Shown here piece after piece: positions 13,331 to 25,190 of a stretch of DNA of 64,000 nt (its first letter is position 1; every line of letters starts with the position of its first letter). Origin of the DNA: Octopus sinensis (taxonomy: Eukaryota). The stretch lies in NCBI RefSeq assembly GCF_006345805.1, contig NC_042997.1, positions 20,770,001 through 20,834,000 of the forward strand, in the 5' to 3' direction. The position numbers and the translations under genes were made by a program. Under the pieces are notes generated by a model. It did not search any database. It saw only the letters and a program-made list of their open reading frames with translations, and was not told the origin of the DNA.

Positions 13331-14689
13331 AATGTTCCTGAGCAGCTTTTGCAAAAAGAAATTTTAATGAAATAAATATCACTGTGTTATGAAAATGGTA
13401 ATAATGTATAAATTAAGTCTATTAGTATTATTCTTTACTACTTTTCCTAAGCAGTGTAAACTGCAAATACAACACTCAGTAATTTACATCTCTCCTTGGC
13501 AATATGAAGTCATAGACCATCACGTACTTCTCCTCACATAAACTACTGCTTAATTGATCATTTGAGATTGCAACATGTTACTAACTGACAGATTTCAATT
13601 TTGTTGAATTCCCAAGCTTAAAATATGTATTGTTACCGTTTTCAATACTATAATTAGTTCGATAGTAATATATAATAGATTTCATTGTGCATAAATGTGC
13701 ATCCATTTATTAGTGGGCGTGTGTGCGTACATTTTCCATTTATTGTGGTGTCTTTTTATTGTGGGGCATTAATTTGCACCAGGAAAAATCCAGCACTAAT
13801 TATAAAATAAAAAAAAATTTTAAGGCTCTTCCCTTCTCTCAATGCCCTATGCATATACTTATTTAGCTTAATTATTTATTCAGGGCTCCATGAATGATGT
13901 CTAAATAATTGTATGTGTGCCATTTAACGCCAATATACAAAATTTTCATTCTGGATATTGATATTTATTAAAAGTTTACCAAGATGTTTTCAAGAAATAT
14001 ATTTATGGGAAATCATTTTGTCATAAATATCTTGATACTAAACATTAAGTTATGATGACAATTTTGAAGTCTTCTATCATAATACAATTTTCTTGATTTT
14101 TAGATATTTGACATCTATGATATAATATTCTTCTAAATATAATGAAGATTGCTTACTTCACATTCTTACTTTGGAAATATATCTTATAAATTGTGATATA
14201 TTTTAATCAAACAATATATCTCAAAATTGATGTTTGGCATTTCCTGAACAGAACATTTTAGCAGTAAAAACAATACTGGGGAGAAAACAATAATTTCCCT
14301 ATTAATCTTCATTAAACTTCAGCAGAAAAATATTTTGATGTATTTTTTACTACATTTAGTTACCTTATTTTTACATATTTGCATTGCTTTGGCTTAGGTA
14401 AATCATGGAGGAAGCTGCTGGATGGGTTTCTAGCTGGGTACAAATAGGAGAAAGAAAATCTTCCTTATATCACACTCCACCTTTTTCTAATATAGACACA
14501 AGGCCTGAGTTTCAGTGTGACAGGGTGGGATAGGGTGGGGGGGTTGGTCAATTAAATTCATCTCAGTGGATGAATGATACTTTTTAATTGACCCTGTGAG
14601 AGGAAAAGAAGATTTGATGTTGGTAGTATTTGAATTCAAAATACAAAAGGCTGGAAGAAAAACTGATTCCAAATTCTGGCATAAAGCCA

Positions 14690-14845
14690 ACAATTTTGCA
14701 ATTACATCGTCCCCAGTGTTTAACAGGTACATGCTTTATGAAGGCAAAATTCAATCCCAGTGGAATTTGAACTGAGCATGAAGACGGATGGTATGCCACT
14801 AAACATTGTGTCCAGTATGTTAACAATTCTGCCAGCTGACCACAT
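14690..14845 (-). mobile_element. Diverged SINE family B fragment
   Basis: acatcgtccccagt...gaaggcaaa...atttgaactgag...ttctgccagct motifs. Confidence 0.6.
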
Positions 14846-14999
14846 TTAAGGCTAGAAGAAATATTGCAAATCATTGTCAGACAAACCTAACCCAATATGA
14901 TCTCTATCTCTCTATCTCTCTTTCTCTCTATCTCTCTCTCACTCTTTCTACCTCTCTCTCTCTATGTAATTATCTTCAATACCAATGGGATGACCGGCC

Positions 15000-15380
15000 C
15001 CACACCATATGTTACTAAGGATGTGAATATGGCTACATCCCATGTTTATAAATATATTGGATCTGCCAGTACTTTTTTCAAACGAAACTTTCTTAACCAC
15101 TGGTCATTCTTCAGAGTCCCAGAAAAACGGTTAGTCATGTCCCTGGCCCGCCTTGTGTGGCACCTCAAAGATCAAGAGACCCTGTGTGATATAAGGGGGG
15201 AAATAATTGATTATCCAGGCCCATATATTAAAGGAAGTAGCTGTTGCAAAATCTGCATCGTAGAGAGAGCCAAAATTCTTAAGGTCTATACAAAACTTGG
15301 CATTTTAAATAGTCATTAAGAAGTGTTTTCTAAATGTGTCCACTTCAAGCACTACCTATTGGTAGCGTTTGCTGGTTAGG
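15000..15380 (+). pseudogene. Penelope-like element GIY-YIG endonuclease C-terminal fragment
   Basis: YKYIGSASTFFKRNFLNHWSFF...SLARLVWHLKDQ...PYIKGSSCCKICIVERAKIL...LNSH*EVFSKCVH matches the PLE endonuclease pattern YIG-x-FKxRxxNHxxSF...CxLCxxE...LN...SKCRH. Confidence 0.85.
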
Positions 15381-15651
15381 CCTTTTCAGGTCTATAAGGG
15401 TTATTTTATCCTCTGGTTCAACGGAGATAACCGGTTCTCATTAAAATCTTTTTGTTAAAATGTGTATCTCAATTTCTGAGCGTTTCCTCATGTCAACGAT
15501 GTAGAAATTTAAATTTTGTCTTTATATAGAGTCTGACGAGTTGTCCACAAGGCATCTATGCAAATGGCGGGCTTTTTCGAATTGCATTTCGATAACAACG
15601 TGCTTATTCGGAACAAAAATTCAGTACTGAATATACTCCGGTTAAATTTAC

Positions 15652-16264
15652 AATTTAAAAATAGGATAAAATCTTTATGAGAATTTATCAAGTAGTTAGC
15701 GTGAAAAACCTCAAAAGAGAAAAAAGCCATCAATTTTTTCACTTAAATATATTTATTCATATTATATAGAGGGCATTACTATAGATAAATGCCACACGTT
15801 AGGAGGGACTCTTAAAGTCAAAACTACCAAAGTAAATAAACAGATCGTACCAATTTACATAGATGTATAAAGGGTGAACATTTCTATATGCTACGTTGGA
15901 TACATTGGTTGTTCGTCTGGTATGTTGATTTTGTTCATTTGTTATAAATCTTGAATTGTGCTTGCACTGATGATTAAAAAGTGCATTACTGCACTAATTA
16001 CGAAAACACGGTGATCTGCAGCTAAATTCAGTTTTTAAATGACTTGCTGCGAGAGTTGCATTCGGTACGATGTGTTTATTTATTTTGGTAGTTTTGACTT
16101 TAAGAATCCCTCCTAGTGCGTGGCATTTATGCATAGTAATGCCCTCTATATAATTTAAATAAATATATTTAAGTGAAAAAAATGGTGGATTTTTTTCTCT
16201 TATGAAGTTTTTCACGCTAACTACTTGATAAATCATTATAAAGATTTTATCCTATTTTAAAATT
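15652..16264. repeat. ~200-bp diverged inverted repeat pair (15652-15850 / 16064-16264), probably inverted PLE pLTR ends
   Basis: aatttaaaaataggataaaatctttat...atcgtacc versus ggtacgat...aagattttatcctattttaaaatt; directly downstream of the GIY-YIG fragment and ending in (TA)n. Confidence 0.8.
15963..16022 (+). ncRNA. Degenerate type I hammerhead-like motif
   Basis: tgca-CTGATGA-...agtgca(ttac)tgcact...-CGAAA-acacggtga-TC-tgca. Stem I closes, but the bases of stems II and III are mismatched. Confidence 0.4.
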
Positions 16265-16322
16265 ATATATATATGTATGTATATATGCATATATTTATAT
16301 ATTATTTATATATATATTTATA

Positions 16323-16515
16323 CTTTATTTAAAGCAGCAGAAAATTCAACAAAACCTGTTACTCTGAGTTTCACGTTGCCGTTCGTCGGACAGTTTTTAC
16401 TCAGAGTAACAGGTTTTGTTGAATTTTCTGCTGCTTTAAATAAAGCATATTACTCTACCACTGTTATTTGAGTACTCTTTTTTTCCACCTTGTTTCACAT
16501 TTATGTGTTTACTCC

Positions 16516-16517
<2 letters not shown>
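16323..16517. mobile_element. Fold-back mini-element (47-bp perfect inverted arms plus ~72-bp tail) in (TA)n, PLE-derived candidate
   Basis: Arms 16323-16369 / 16399-16445; tail ends actccgg then (TA)n; second copy in opposite orientation at 61816-61991. Confidence 0.85.
16356..16393 (-). ncRNA. Minimal type I hammerhead ribozyme fold with variant core (CCGACGA)
   Basis: Minus strand: ctgt-CCGACGA-acg(gcaa)cgt-GAAA-ctcagag-TA-acag. Stem I ctgt/acag, GNRA-capped stem II, near-palindromic stem III, GUA triplet. Confidence 0.7.
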
Positions 16518-16740
<223 letters not shown>

Positions 16741-16994
16741 TTGGCAGAAGTAACAGAGTGACTCCAGGACCAAGGGCTTCATGCATTAGCATTTATCAAC
16801 CTAGTTACAAATTGATTTGTAACTAATTTGATAAGTGCTGGAGGGAACCCGCAGAAAAGATAGACCCAGGAAGATGTAAAATGAGGTGGTTAAGCATGAT
16901 CTTCAGTTCTTGAGGCTCACAGAAGCAATCACAAGAAACTGAGACTTCTGGTGATTTGCCGTGCTCGAGAAATTATAGCAGGCTTAGTGAAATC

Positions 16995-17215
16995 ATGGTT
17001 GTGGCCAGTGCTGGTGACATGCAAAAGGCACCTGTGCTGGTGACACATAAATGTCACCCTTGTTGGTGACACGTAAAAGACACCCAGTACGCTCCGTAAA
17101 ATGGTTGCCATTAGGAAGGGTATCCAGCCATAGAATCCAAGCTAAAACAGATGACTGGAGTCTACTTACTGGCTCTGGTCAAACCACCTAACGCATGCCA
17201 GTATGGAAAACGTAT
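16995..17215 (+). mobile_element. Diverged SINE-like family A copy
   Basis: gctggtgacac.taaaa subrepeats, ttaggaagggtatccagcc, catgccagtatggaaaacg. Confidence 0.6.
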
Positions 17216-17357
17216 ATGTACTTAAGTACTGTTTTGGAGTCACAAATTCTATTCTCCATGTAATGGTCAATCTGATACTGTAGTACAATATACTTATCCA
17301 TGGTTTTCACACAGTATAATCAAACCTGTTTGCAAACCTCTTAACAACATGAAGTTT

Positions 17358-17720
17358 CATCATCATCATCATCGTTTAACGTCTGCTTTCCATGCTAGCA
17401 TGAGTTGGACGATTTGACTGAGGTCTGGCGAACCAGATGGCTGCACCAGACTCCAGTCTGATCTGGCAGAGTTTCTACAGCTTGATGCCTTTCCTAACCC
17501 CAACGACTCCAAGAATGTAGTGGGTGCTTTAACGTGCCACCGGCACGAGGGCCAGTCATGCAGTACTGGCAACATGTTCAAATGGTGCTTTTTATGTTCC
17601 ATCTACACAGGAGCCAGTCCAGCGGCACTGGTAAGGACATCACTCGAATGATTTTTTTATGTGCCACCAGCACAAATGCTAGTAAGGTGACGCAGGTAAC
17701 GATCACGCTCGAATGGTGTT
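17358..17720 (-). mobile_element. SINE-like family A copy
   Basis: (CAT)n gtttaacgtctgctttccatgctagc... with subrepeats. Confidence 0.88.
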
Positions 17721-18359
17721 GCAATGTAACTTAAATCTAAAATTATATATTTTTAGCATCTTGTATTCTATGTAATACTCAGGGTCCGATCCAATCTACA
17801 ACTGTTAAACTAAGATATAGAGGTGCGATATAAATGTCCACTCATCATAATCATCTCTTCCCCAATTTAAAAAAAAAATGAAAAGGCTACGGACAGTGTC
17901 TACTGTTCCTCTCTACACAAACTAATAAAGGTATTTCGTAGTTGACACCAGCAATTATCAACTTTTCATCCCTTGATTAGAGACTATTCATAATTTTCAA
18001 AGTAGCAGTAATTGTTAGTTGCCTCCAGATTTTATTGTTGTTGTATGTTGTGTTTTCTAATGAATGTCTTGACAGTAACAAAACTAAAAAAAAAATTAGT
18101 AAATAAATAAATAAATGAATAAAGAAACAATTTACTATTTTTCTGAATAGTTCTAATATCAAGAAACACAATTAATAATAATTAAAAAAAAGTACATTTT
18201 CATTTTATCTGAGAAACGTTTCTACTAAATCATATATTTTTCCACAAATATTGTTTTCAATGTTATGTCAATAGTCTGTGTTTCAAGTTTGCACCCATTA
18301 TTATGTTTACTAATGGATAGCCTTCAAAGTTTTATATGTATGTATATGTGTACAAACAC

Positions 18360-18632
18360 GTGTGTATGTGTGTGTGTGTGTGTGTGTGTGCACCTGTATG
18401 TGTGTGTGAGTAATGTATGTATATATAGATATGAGTGTGTATGCACGTATACATAGAAGTATATGAGTGTATATATATAAGTATATAGATAGATAGACAG
18501 ATAGACAGACGGACAGGCAGACAGACAGATAGGTATAGATATAGATGTATATATAAACACACACACATACAACTTACACATATTCACACACAAATATAAA
18601 TTACTCTTTTCTTCTTTCTTTTCCATTGCTCT

Positions 18633-18664
<32 letters not shown>

Positions 18665-18665
18665 T
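18360..18665. repeat. Compound (GT)/(GATA,GACA)/(CT) microsatellite block
   Basis: Directly visible. Confidence 0.9.
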
Positions 18666-19187
18666 TATCACCTTCTCATATCAATCATCCAAGTTCTCTT
18701 CTGCTACTTTTTATTCTATCACACTCTGCTTTGGCTCTCTTCCCATCCAGAAATAAGAGAAAGAACGGAACAGAAGAGACAATTCAAGAGAGGCAGAAGT
18801 CTCTTCAGTTTCACCAGAGTAATACATGTTCTCTAGTATTGTTGAACATATAAATAATAAGAGTATAGGGCAGAGAATGCAGCCTCTCAGTGATGGTGCC
18901 ATGATAAAATTTTAGAAAGATGGACAAAAGAAGAAAAATATAGATGGAATAGAATGTTCATATTACAAGAAATCTGATGCAGGTAGACAGAAAGAAAGAC
19001 AGACATAACACGAAGATATGATGAGAGTCATGTGAGAGAGAATTCAGGAGAAGCAGGAAGAGAGATAGTGGGACATGATGAAAAGAGGTAAAGGACAAGG
19101 ATATGAGAGAAGGATATAAGATATATGCATCAATGGAGGGAAGGAAATGTTGAAAGAGACCAAAGAAAGATAAGTTGATTGATAACC

Positions 19188-19417
19188 TATTTCTTTACTA
19201 TCCACAAGGGGCTAAACACAGAGAGGGAAAACAAGGACAGACAAACCGATTAAGTTGATTATATCAACCCCAGTGCATAACTGGTACTTATTTAATTGAC
19301 CCTGAAAGGATGAAAGGCAAAGTCGACCTTGGCAGAATTTAACTCAGATCATAATTGCAGACGAAATATGGCTACGCATTTCACCCGGCATGCTAACGTT
19401 TCTGCCAGCTCACCTCC
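19188..19417 (-). mobile_element. tRNA-derived SINE family B
   Basis: Colinear with 12280-12510; degenerate 13-bp TSD ttgattgataacc (19175-19187) / ttaatagataacc (19418-19430). Confidence 0.88.
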
Positions 19418-20442
19418 TTAATAGATAACCAATCTGTTCAACTTGCTACAATTCACTAACTTTATTCATACACAAATTTTCATATTAACATACATAGATC
19501 AGTGACTAAATGACATGGTGAGGTGTGAAGATTACTAGCCTCTTAATCAAGGTCACCCATGTACAATACTTTTGAACATGCTATTTTATCTGGTTAGCAC
19601 AGTGATTTAACATTTGGTTTCATTCCAGAGATATCTTTTACCTTATAAGTTCATTTCTTAGTTTTATATTTACTGCTTCGCAATCTAAATACATCTGAAG
19701 TTCAAAGGATAATATTAACAATCATGTGAACTATTGGGTTATTCTAGAACATGCATTCCACTATATTAATGTCTCCAGAAGGTGCAGTCTTTGTTCCTCA
19801 GAGAAGTATTCTTTCTATTTTGACCTTTTACAATTTTGAATAAAAGATGGACATTGGTATATTTTCACTGATGCCTTTCATCACTATTTATATATTTCTC
19901 CTTTGCATATAAAATTGATTCATACCTCTAGTAGATGGGTGAATATTAAAAGAAAAATACCTATAACTTCCTCAAGTAGTTCTAGCTATTCTGTTTATTT
20001 CTCATCAGATTAAAAAATTACTGTAATAAAGAAAACTACCAGATAAATGCAAGAAACAGAAAAAATTATTTGCAGCTGTATTTTTTATACAAGGAAATAA
20101 GAAAATTTAACCTGTAAGAATGTCAGAGAGAATTAGGAACTGGCTTTCAAAATAGAAAATTCCTCAAACTAAATTTTTGGGTTTTATTATGTTTTATGGT
20201 AATAAAACTAAGGTATAAATTGAATTAAAACCTGTTTTTGATTAAGTTTTTTTGTATTTTTCAGCGTCTGATCAGAAACAACAAGCATTACTAAACTTAT
20301 AATGGCCATTTAATTGATTTTTCTCTGCCTTATTAATCACAAAGTAAGGTTTGTTCGCAATAGTTTTACAATTTGGTTTCCATGCAGAACATGTCGCCAA
20401 GTATTTGTCTGTAATTCTTATTAGAATTCATCACACCATTCA

Positions 20443-20834
20443 GTGTGTGTGTGAGTGTGTGTGTGTATGTGTGTGTGTGTGTGAGAGAGAGTGTGTATGT
20501 GTGTGAGTGTGTGTGTGTGAGTGTGTGTGTGTGCGCGTGCTTAGTATGTTTGTTTCAGATTAAAACCTCTTTAAGTATTACTATCTCTTGCCTTTCTCTT
20601 TCAGTTTATTAGTTGTTACTTGAAGTTGCTGCCAATGGGACTTTTATTTGTAAAATATTGACTTTTCTAAGGAAAATTTCTTTATTCAACTAGTAACATT
20701 GAACAAATACAAACATCCGAGTTCATTCTCACTATGCAGCACATTAGATAAAGGTCAACAAATACCTTGTAGGTGTATCTAGAAAACAAAAAACCAAACT
20801 ATAGTAAGCCCAATATATATGTGAGTGTGTGTGT

Positions 20835-20874
<40 letters not shown>

Positions 20875-21206
20875 TGTGTATGTGTGTGAGTGTGTGTGTG
20901 TGAGTGTGTGTGTGTGTGTGCGCGTGCTTAGTATGTTTGTTTCAGATTAAAACCTCTTTAAGTATTACTATCTCTTGCCTTTCTCTTTCAGTTTATTAGT
21001 TGTTACTTGAAGTTGCTGCCAATGGGACTTTTATTTGTAAAATATTGACTTTTCTAAGGAAAATTTCTTTATTCAACTAGTAACATTGAACAAATACAAA
21101 CATCCGAGTTCATTCTCACTATGCAGCACATTAGATAAAGGTCAACAAATACCTTGTAGGTGTATCTAGAAAACAAAAAACCAAACTATAGTAAGCCCAA
21201 TATATA

Positions 21207-21260
<54 letters not shown>
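20443..21260 (+). repeat. Tandem duplication, 387-bp period, bounded by (GT)n
   Basis: Unique core 20534-20820 repeated at 20921-21207 with no differences noticed by eye. Confidence 0.92.
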
Positions 21261-21263
<3 letters not shown>

Positions 21264-21906
21264 ATGTGTGCATGCACAAATTGCCTGAGTGTTGACATTT
21301 TGCTTGTCACAGTTTGATTGAAATAACAGTGATGTTCACATTCCATGCAGGTATTACACCTGGTCCACTCTAGGCTTTCAAAGATTTATTGAATATAAAA
21401 GTCCATAAATTAAAATGACAAATGAGGTTTGATGACAGGAAGAGCATTTGTCAATAAATTCCTACTTTACAATCAATTCCCATCCAAGCTATGCCAGTAT
21501 GATAAAATGGACATTAAATGATGGAACAACTGGAACTCTCAATCTATAAATACTGGACTTTAACAGTTTGTGGAATTAATAGTTTGAAGAATCTTCATAC
21601 CATATGAATTGTAAAATTATTAAATATTATCCATTCATTATAATTCTAAACAAAAAACTGTATAGTATTGATTGGGAAATAAAGTGCTTCTTAGCATGTT
21701 TTCCTACTCTTCCTTCTTTTTTGTTACTGTGTTTTCTATACCAAATAGTGAATGAGAGTCATTATAATTCTGGATAGTTTCCTCTAACTTATTACAACAG
21801 AAATAAATAATTTATTTCTAGTTTGAATATTTACATATGTTTTATTGACCCACTATAATAGGAAATAGTACAAATAGAATCTTACTATGCCAGTCTAGTC
21901 AATACA

Positions 21907-22500
21907 TCTATTATATAAAATCCGTTCTGTCTGTGTGTGTGTGTTCTAGGATTTCAGGCATCCTCCATCTGATTGCGCTCAAATTTGATATGTAGACACC
22001 GACGGTATCAGGGCATGTATAAGTCTTGAAAAAATTACAAAAATTGATTCTAGGTGAGAATGCGATCGATAAAGCCATGGAAACATGCATTTGTATGCAC
22101 AAGTACATCAGCTGTTGTGATCGATACTACGCATATGCAAGAAAAATGCATGTGCAGTTTGCACAAAAAAAGCCAGTTGGCTTGAAATAATGCCACAAAA
22201 TGCAGTATATTTAAGAGACCAAAAATGTAAGATGCAAAAGTGATATTTTCTTCAAACTTGGCATGAAGGAAGGAAGGACTATTTGGTTTCTCAAGAAGTT
22301 TTTTTTGCCTTAACTTCGTTTAACAAAACCAAAAATTTTATTGAAATAAAGGCATGCTTAATTATTTTTTAATGAAAGGAAAACACTGATTGCTTTTTAT
22401 TCGGCAGATATGATTCAACACCGTCCATTGGATGGGGAGGCGTTTTGCTCGTTATTTATATAAACACATATAGATGCAGGCACTTCCTAAGTGCATAGTT
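21907..22500 (+). mobile_element. Probable non-autonomous Helitron 5' portion
   Basis: A|TCtattatataaaa start, then ctgtctgtgtgt and tgattgcgctcaaatttg, typical of Helitron-like 5' ends. No 3' hairpin/CTAG end identified, so the right boundary is approximate. Confidence 0.45.
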
Positions 22501-24982
22501 TTCGGCTCAGTCAAACTGTTGCTCTAGATTAAAACTGAAATAAGCCAGAAACTTGTGGTATACTCACAGTCCTCATGTACAGCCAACTTGATACTGAGCA
22601 CAGGTATGTTGGTTGATCATGGCTCAGATATATGGACAAGCTGAAGATTAACGTCTCAGCAGTCAATATAGCTCACAATACCTTTGAGCAAACAACCTTG
22701 GAGTGAACAAAATGAAGATCATTGTATCAGAATGGTATCAGATAATATGTTTCAACCAGCATTAATAGGTGTTGGGGTGCAAGGCAAAGGAGAAAGGCAT
22801 CTGCAAATATACCTCTTGCATGACCCATTATTCTCATACTTGCAACATCTGTGGGCTTTTTAGCAAATCATTGGCAGGAATCAAATGTCACATTCAACAT
22901 AAGCATTATGACTGACAAAAAAAAGGGTAGGTTGTCGGATCCTCGTATGTTAAAACCAATAGGAGAATCCATTAGATGTGTGCATATGTGTGTGTGTGTG
23001 TGTTTGTTTGTATTTCTTTAACTTGGCATCATGCACTCAGAGTCAGTAATTTTCAATCTTCTTCTGCTACAGGTCATCAAACAATGGGAAATATCATTTA
23101 GTTTGGAAACAAGCAAGAGTTAGCAACAAGAAGGGCATATAGACGCAAAAAATATGCCTAAAAGAATTCTATCTGACTGTTAAAATGATGTTGATAATAA
23201 TAATGATATGTGTGTGCATGTGTGAATGTATGTCGATATATATAAATGTATGAATAATACTTATCTATATCTGACAGTACTAGCAAAAAACATATGTCTC
23301 TGTACTGACAAGATCAAACTCTCTCCCTACCGTATTCTCCACATTTAATTTTTAGTTAATATTCATTAATTACTATTTCTCAGCTCACTTCATCAAATAT
23401 CTTTTTTCATCCTGGCTTGTTCATGACTTTACCATTTGCTTTTCTTCTATAGTGTAACTGGACATCTTATATAGTTCATTTGGTATTAGATAGAGTATCT
23501 ATGCGAAAATTATCACATGTCAGATACAGAAACAAAATTTTGTGCATGTCTTACTACCTTAATGTAAAGAAGGATATGCTGAACAATATAATAATGTAGA
23601 CTCTAAAATACAAACGAACACAATAGTTGGGCTTCATCTGGTAATAGGTCTTCTTGATCAGGGATGCTTGGGGCTAAATAACATCAACAACCTTTCTGCA
23701 TTTAATACAATATCTGATGGAGTAAAAAGTTTGCAATCCATTGATGGAAGTATGGTAAAAATAGATATTACATGAAAGGATAAGCATTAAATTTAGCAAG
23801 AATTTTTGACAGGTTATTTTCTTTAGAATATGCAATATTTTAAAACAGAAAAATTTCAGTTTATTTCAATGGCTACAACAATATTTGGATATATGCTATC
23901 CATTTCTTGCTTCAGTATTCTAAACTATTCTGTTGTGAAAATTACTCATTGGAAATCTACTGACTTCACCATAATTTAATTTGTTACCAGTGACAAATAC
24001 TTTTAGAGGCTTCATTAATTCTTATACTGTTCAAATGCTTTGTTTTCATTCATGCTTTTAAAATTTATATTGTTTTTACTTTCAGGTACATAAGTCTGGT
24101 ATAAGTATCAAACAGTGGATGGTATGCTTTTAGAGATCAGAGTTCATTTTCTTCCCAGTTGTAACTTTCTCTATTCAAGAAAGTTAAGACTGTCTCATGT
24201 TCCATTCCTCTCTCTACCACATTTTCGTTGACATCACACCTTCCAGAAGGAAGACGAGTCAAACTACTTCTGTGTGCTTTCAATGAATTACTCCTTGCCC
24301 TGCCGCATCATGTAGTTCAACAACATCATCTGACCCTTAGATGTCTTTAGAAGAAATTTGGTCTGCAAATTATCCAGACAGAACCAATGTTTTATAGCAA
24401 GACAGTTTCTTAGTAGCTACTTTCAACTATATTCCATTAGAGATAAAGCCACTGACTTTCAGGCTGTGTCTAGTTGTTGTCACTTCTAACAATATAATCT
24501 TATTTAAAGGATACTGCTTTCTGTTCCTCATTAACCTTCTATACATAGATGTAGGAGCACACAGTTTCATTACCTCGTGTAAATTACACACTACTTTCAT
24601 AAATAGATAGTCCAGTGAGGGAGCTTTTCCATGGTCATTCAACTTGCTAAAATGGCAACCAAACTTCACTCCAAATCATATTCTTCTTTATTAAAAAAGG
24701 AAAACAAAACACATTGAGCAACATAGGCCTAGATATAGAAAAGGCTGAGATGATGGTGGCTGGTACACTTTTGATATTTTTGATTAAGCAGACCTATGAT
24801 TCGTCTGCTTGATCAAGTCTTCCTGACCTGAGGCTAAACATCAATAGCATATGCTCTCCGGCAAAAGAAAGTAAAACTACAACATCTTTCATCGAGTACA
24901 TTACAGCTTATTTTTGTTTAATACTGTTAAAGCACAACGATTACAAGATACAAACACCATTTCTTCTGACATAACATCATAA

Positions 24983-25190
24983 CATCATCATCATTGTTTA
25001 ACATCCGCTTTCCATGCTTGCATGGGTTGGACAATTTGACTGAGGACTGACGAACCAGATGGCTGTGCCAGGCTCTAATCTTGATCTGGTAGAGTTTCTA
25101 CAGCTGGATGCCCTTCCTAACACCAACCACTCCAAGAGTGTAGTGGTTGCTTTTATGTGCCATTGGCACGTGGGCCAGTCATGCAGTACC
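24983..25190 (-). mobile_element. SINE-like family A copy (truncated)
   Basis: catcatcattgtttaacatccgctttccatgc... Confidence 0.85.

Noticed and set aside
15000-15380. Selenocysteine recoding, as reported for some Naiad PLEs
   Set aside because: The Cys positions seen are TGT/TGC and the in-frame stop is TAA; no SECIS identified.
15526-15615. CTGACGAG followed by a long hairpin as another hammerhead
   Set aside because: No GAAA box and no closing stem I found.
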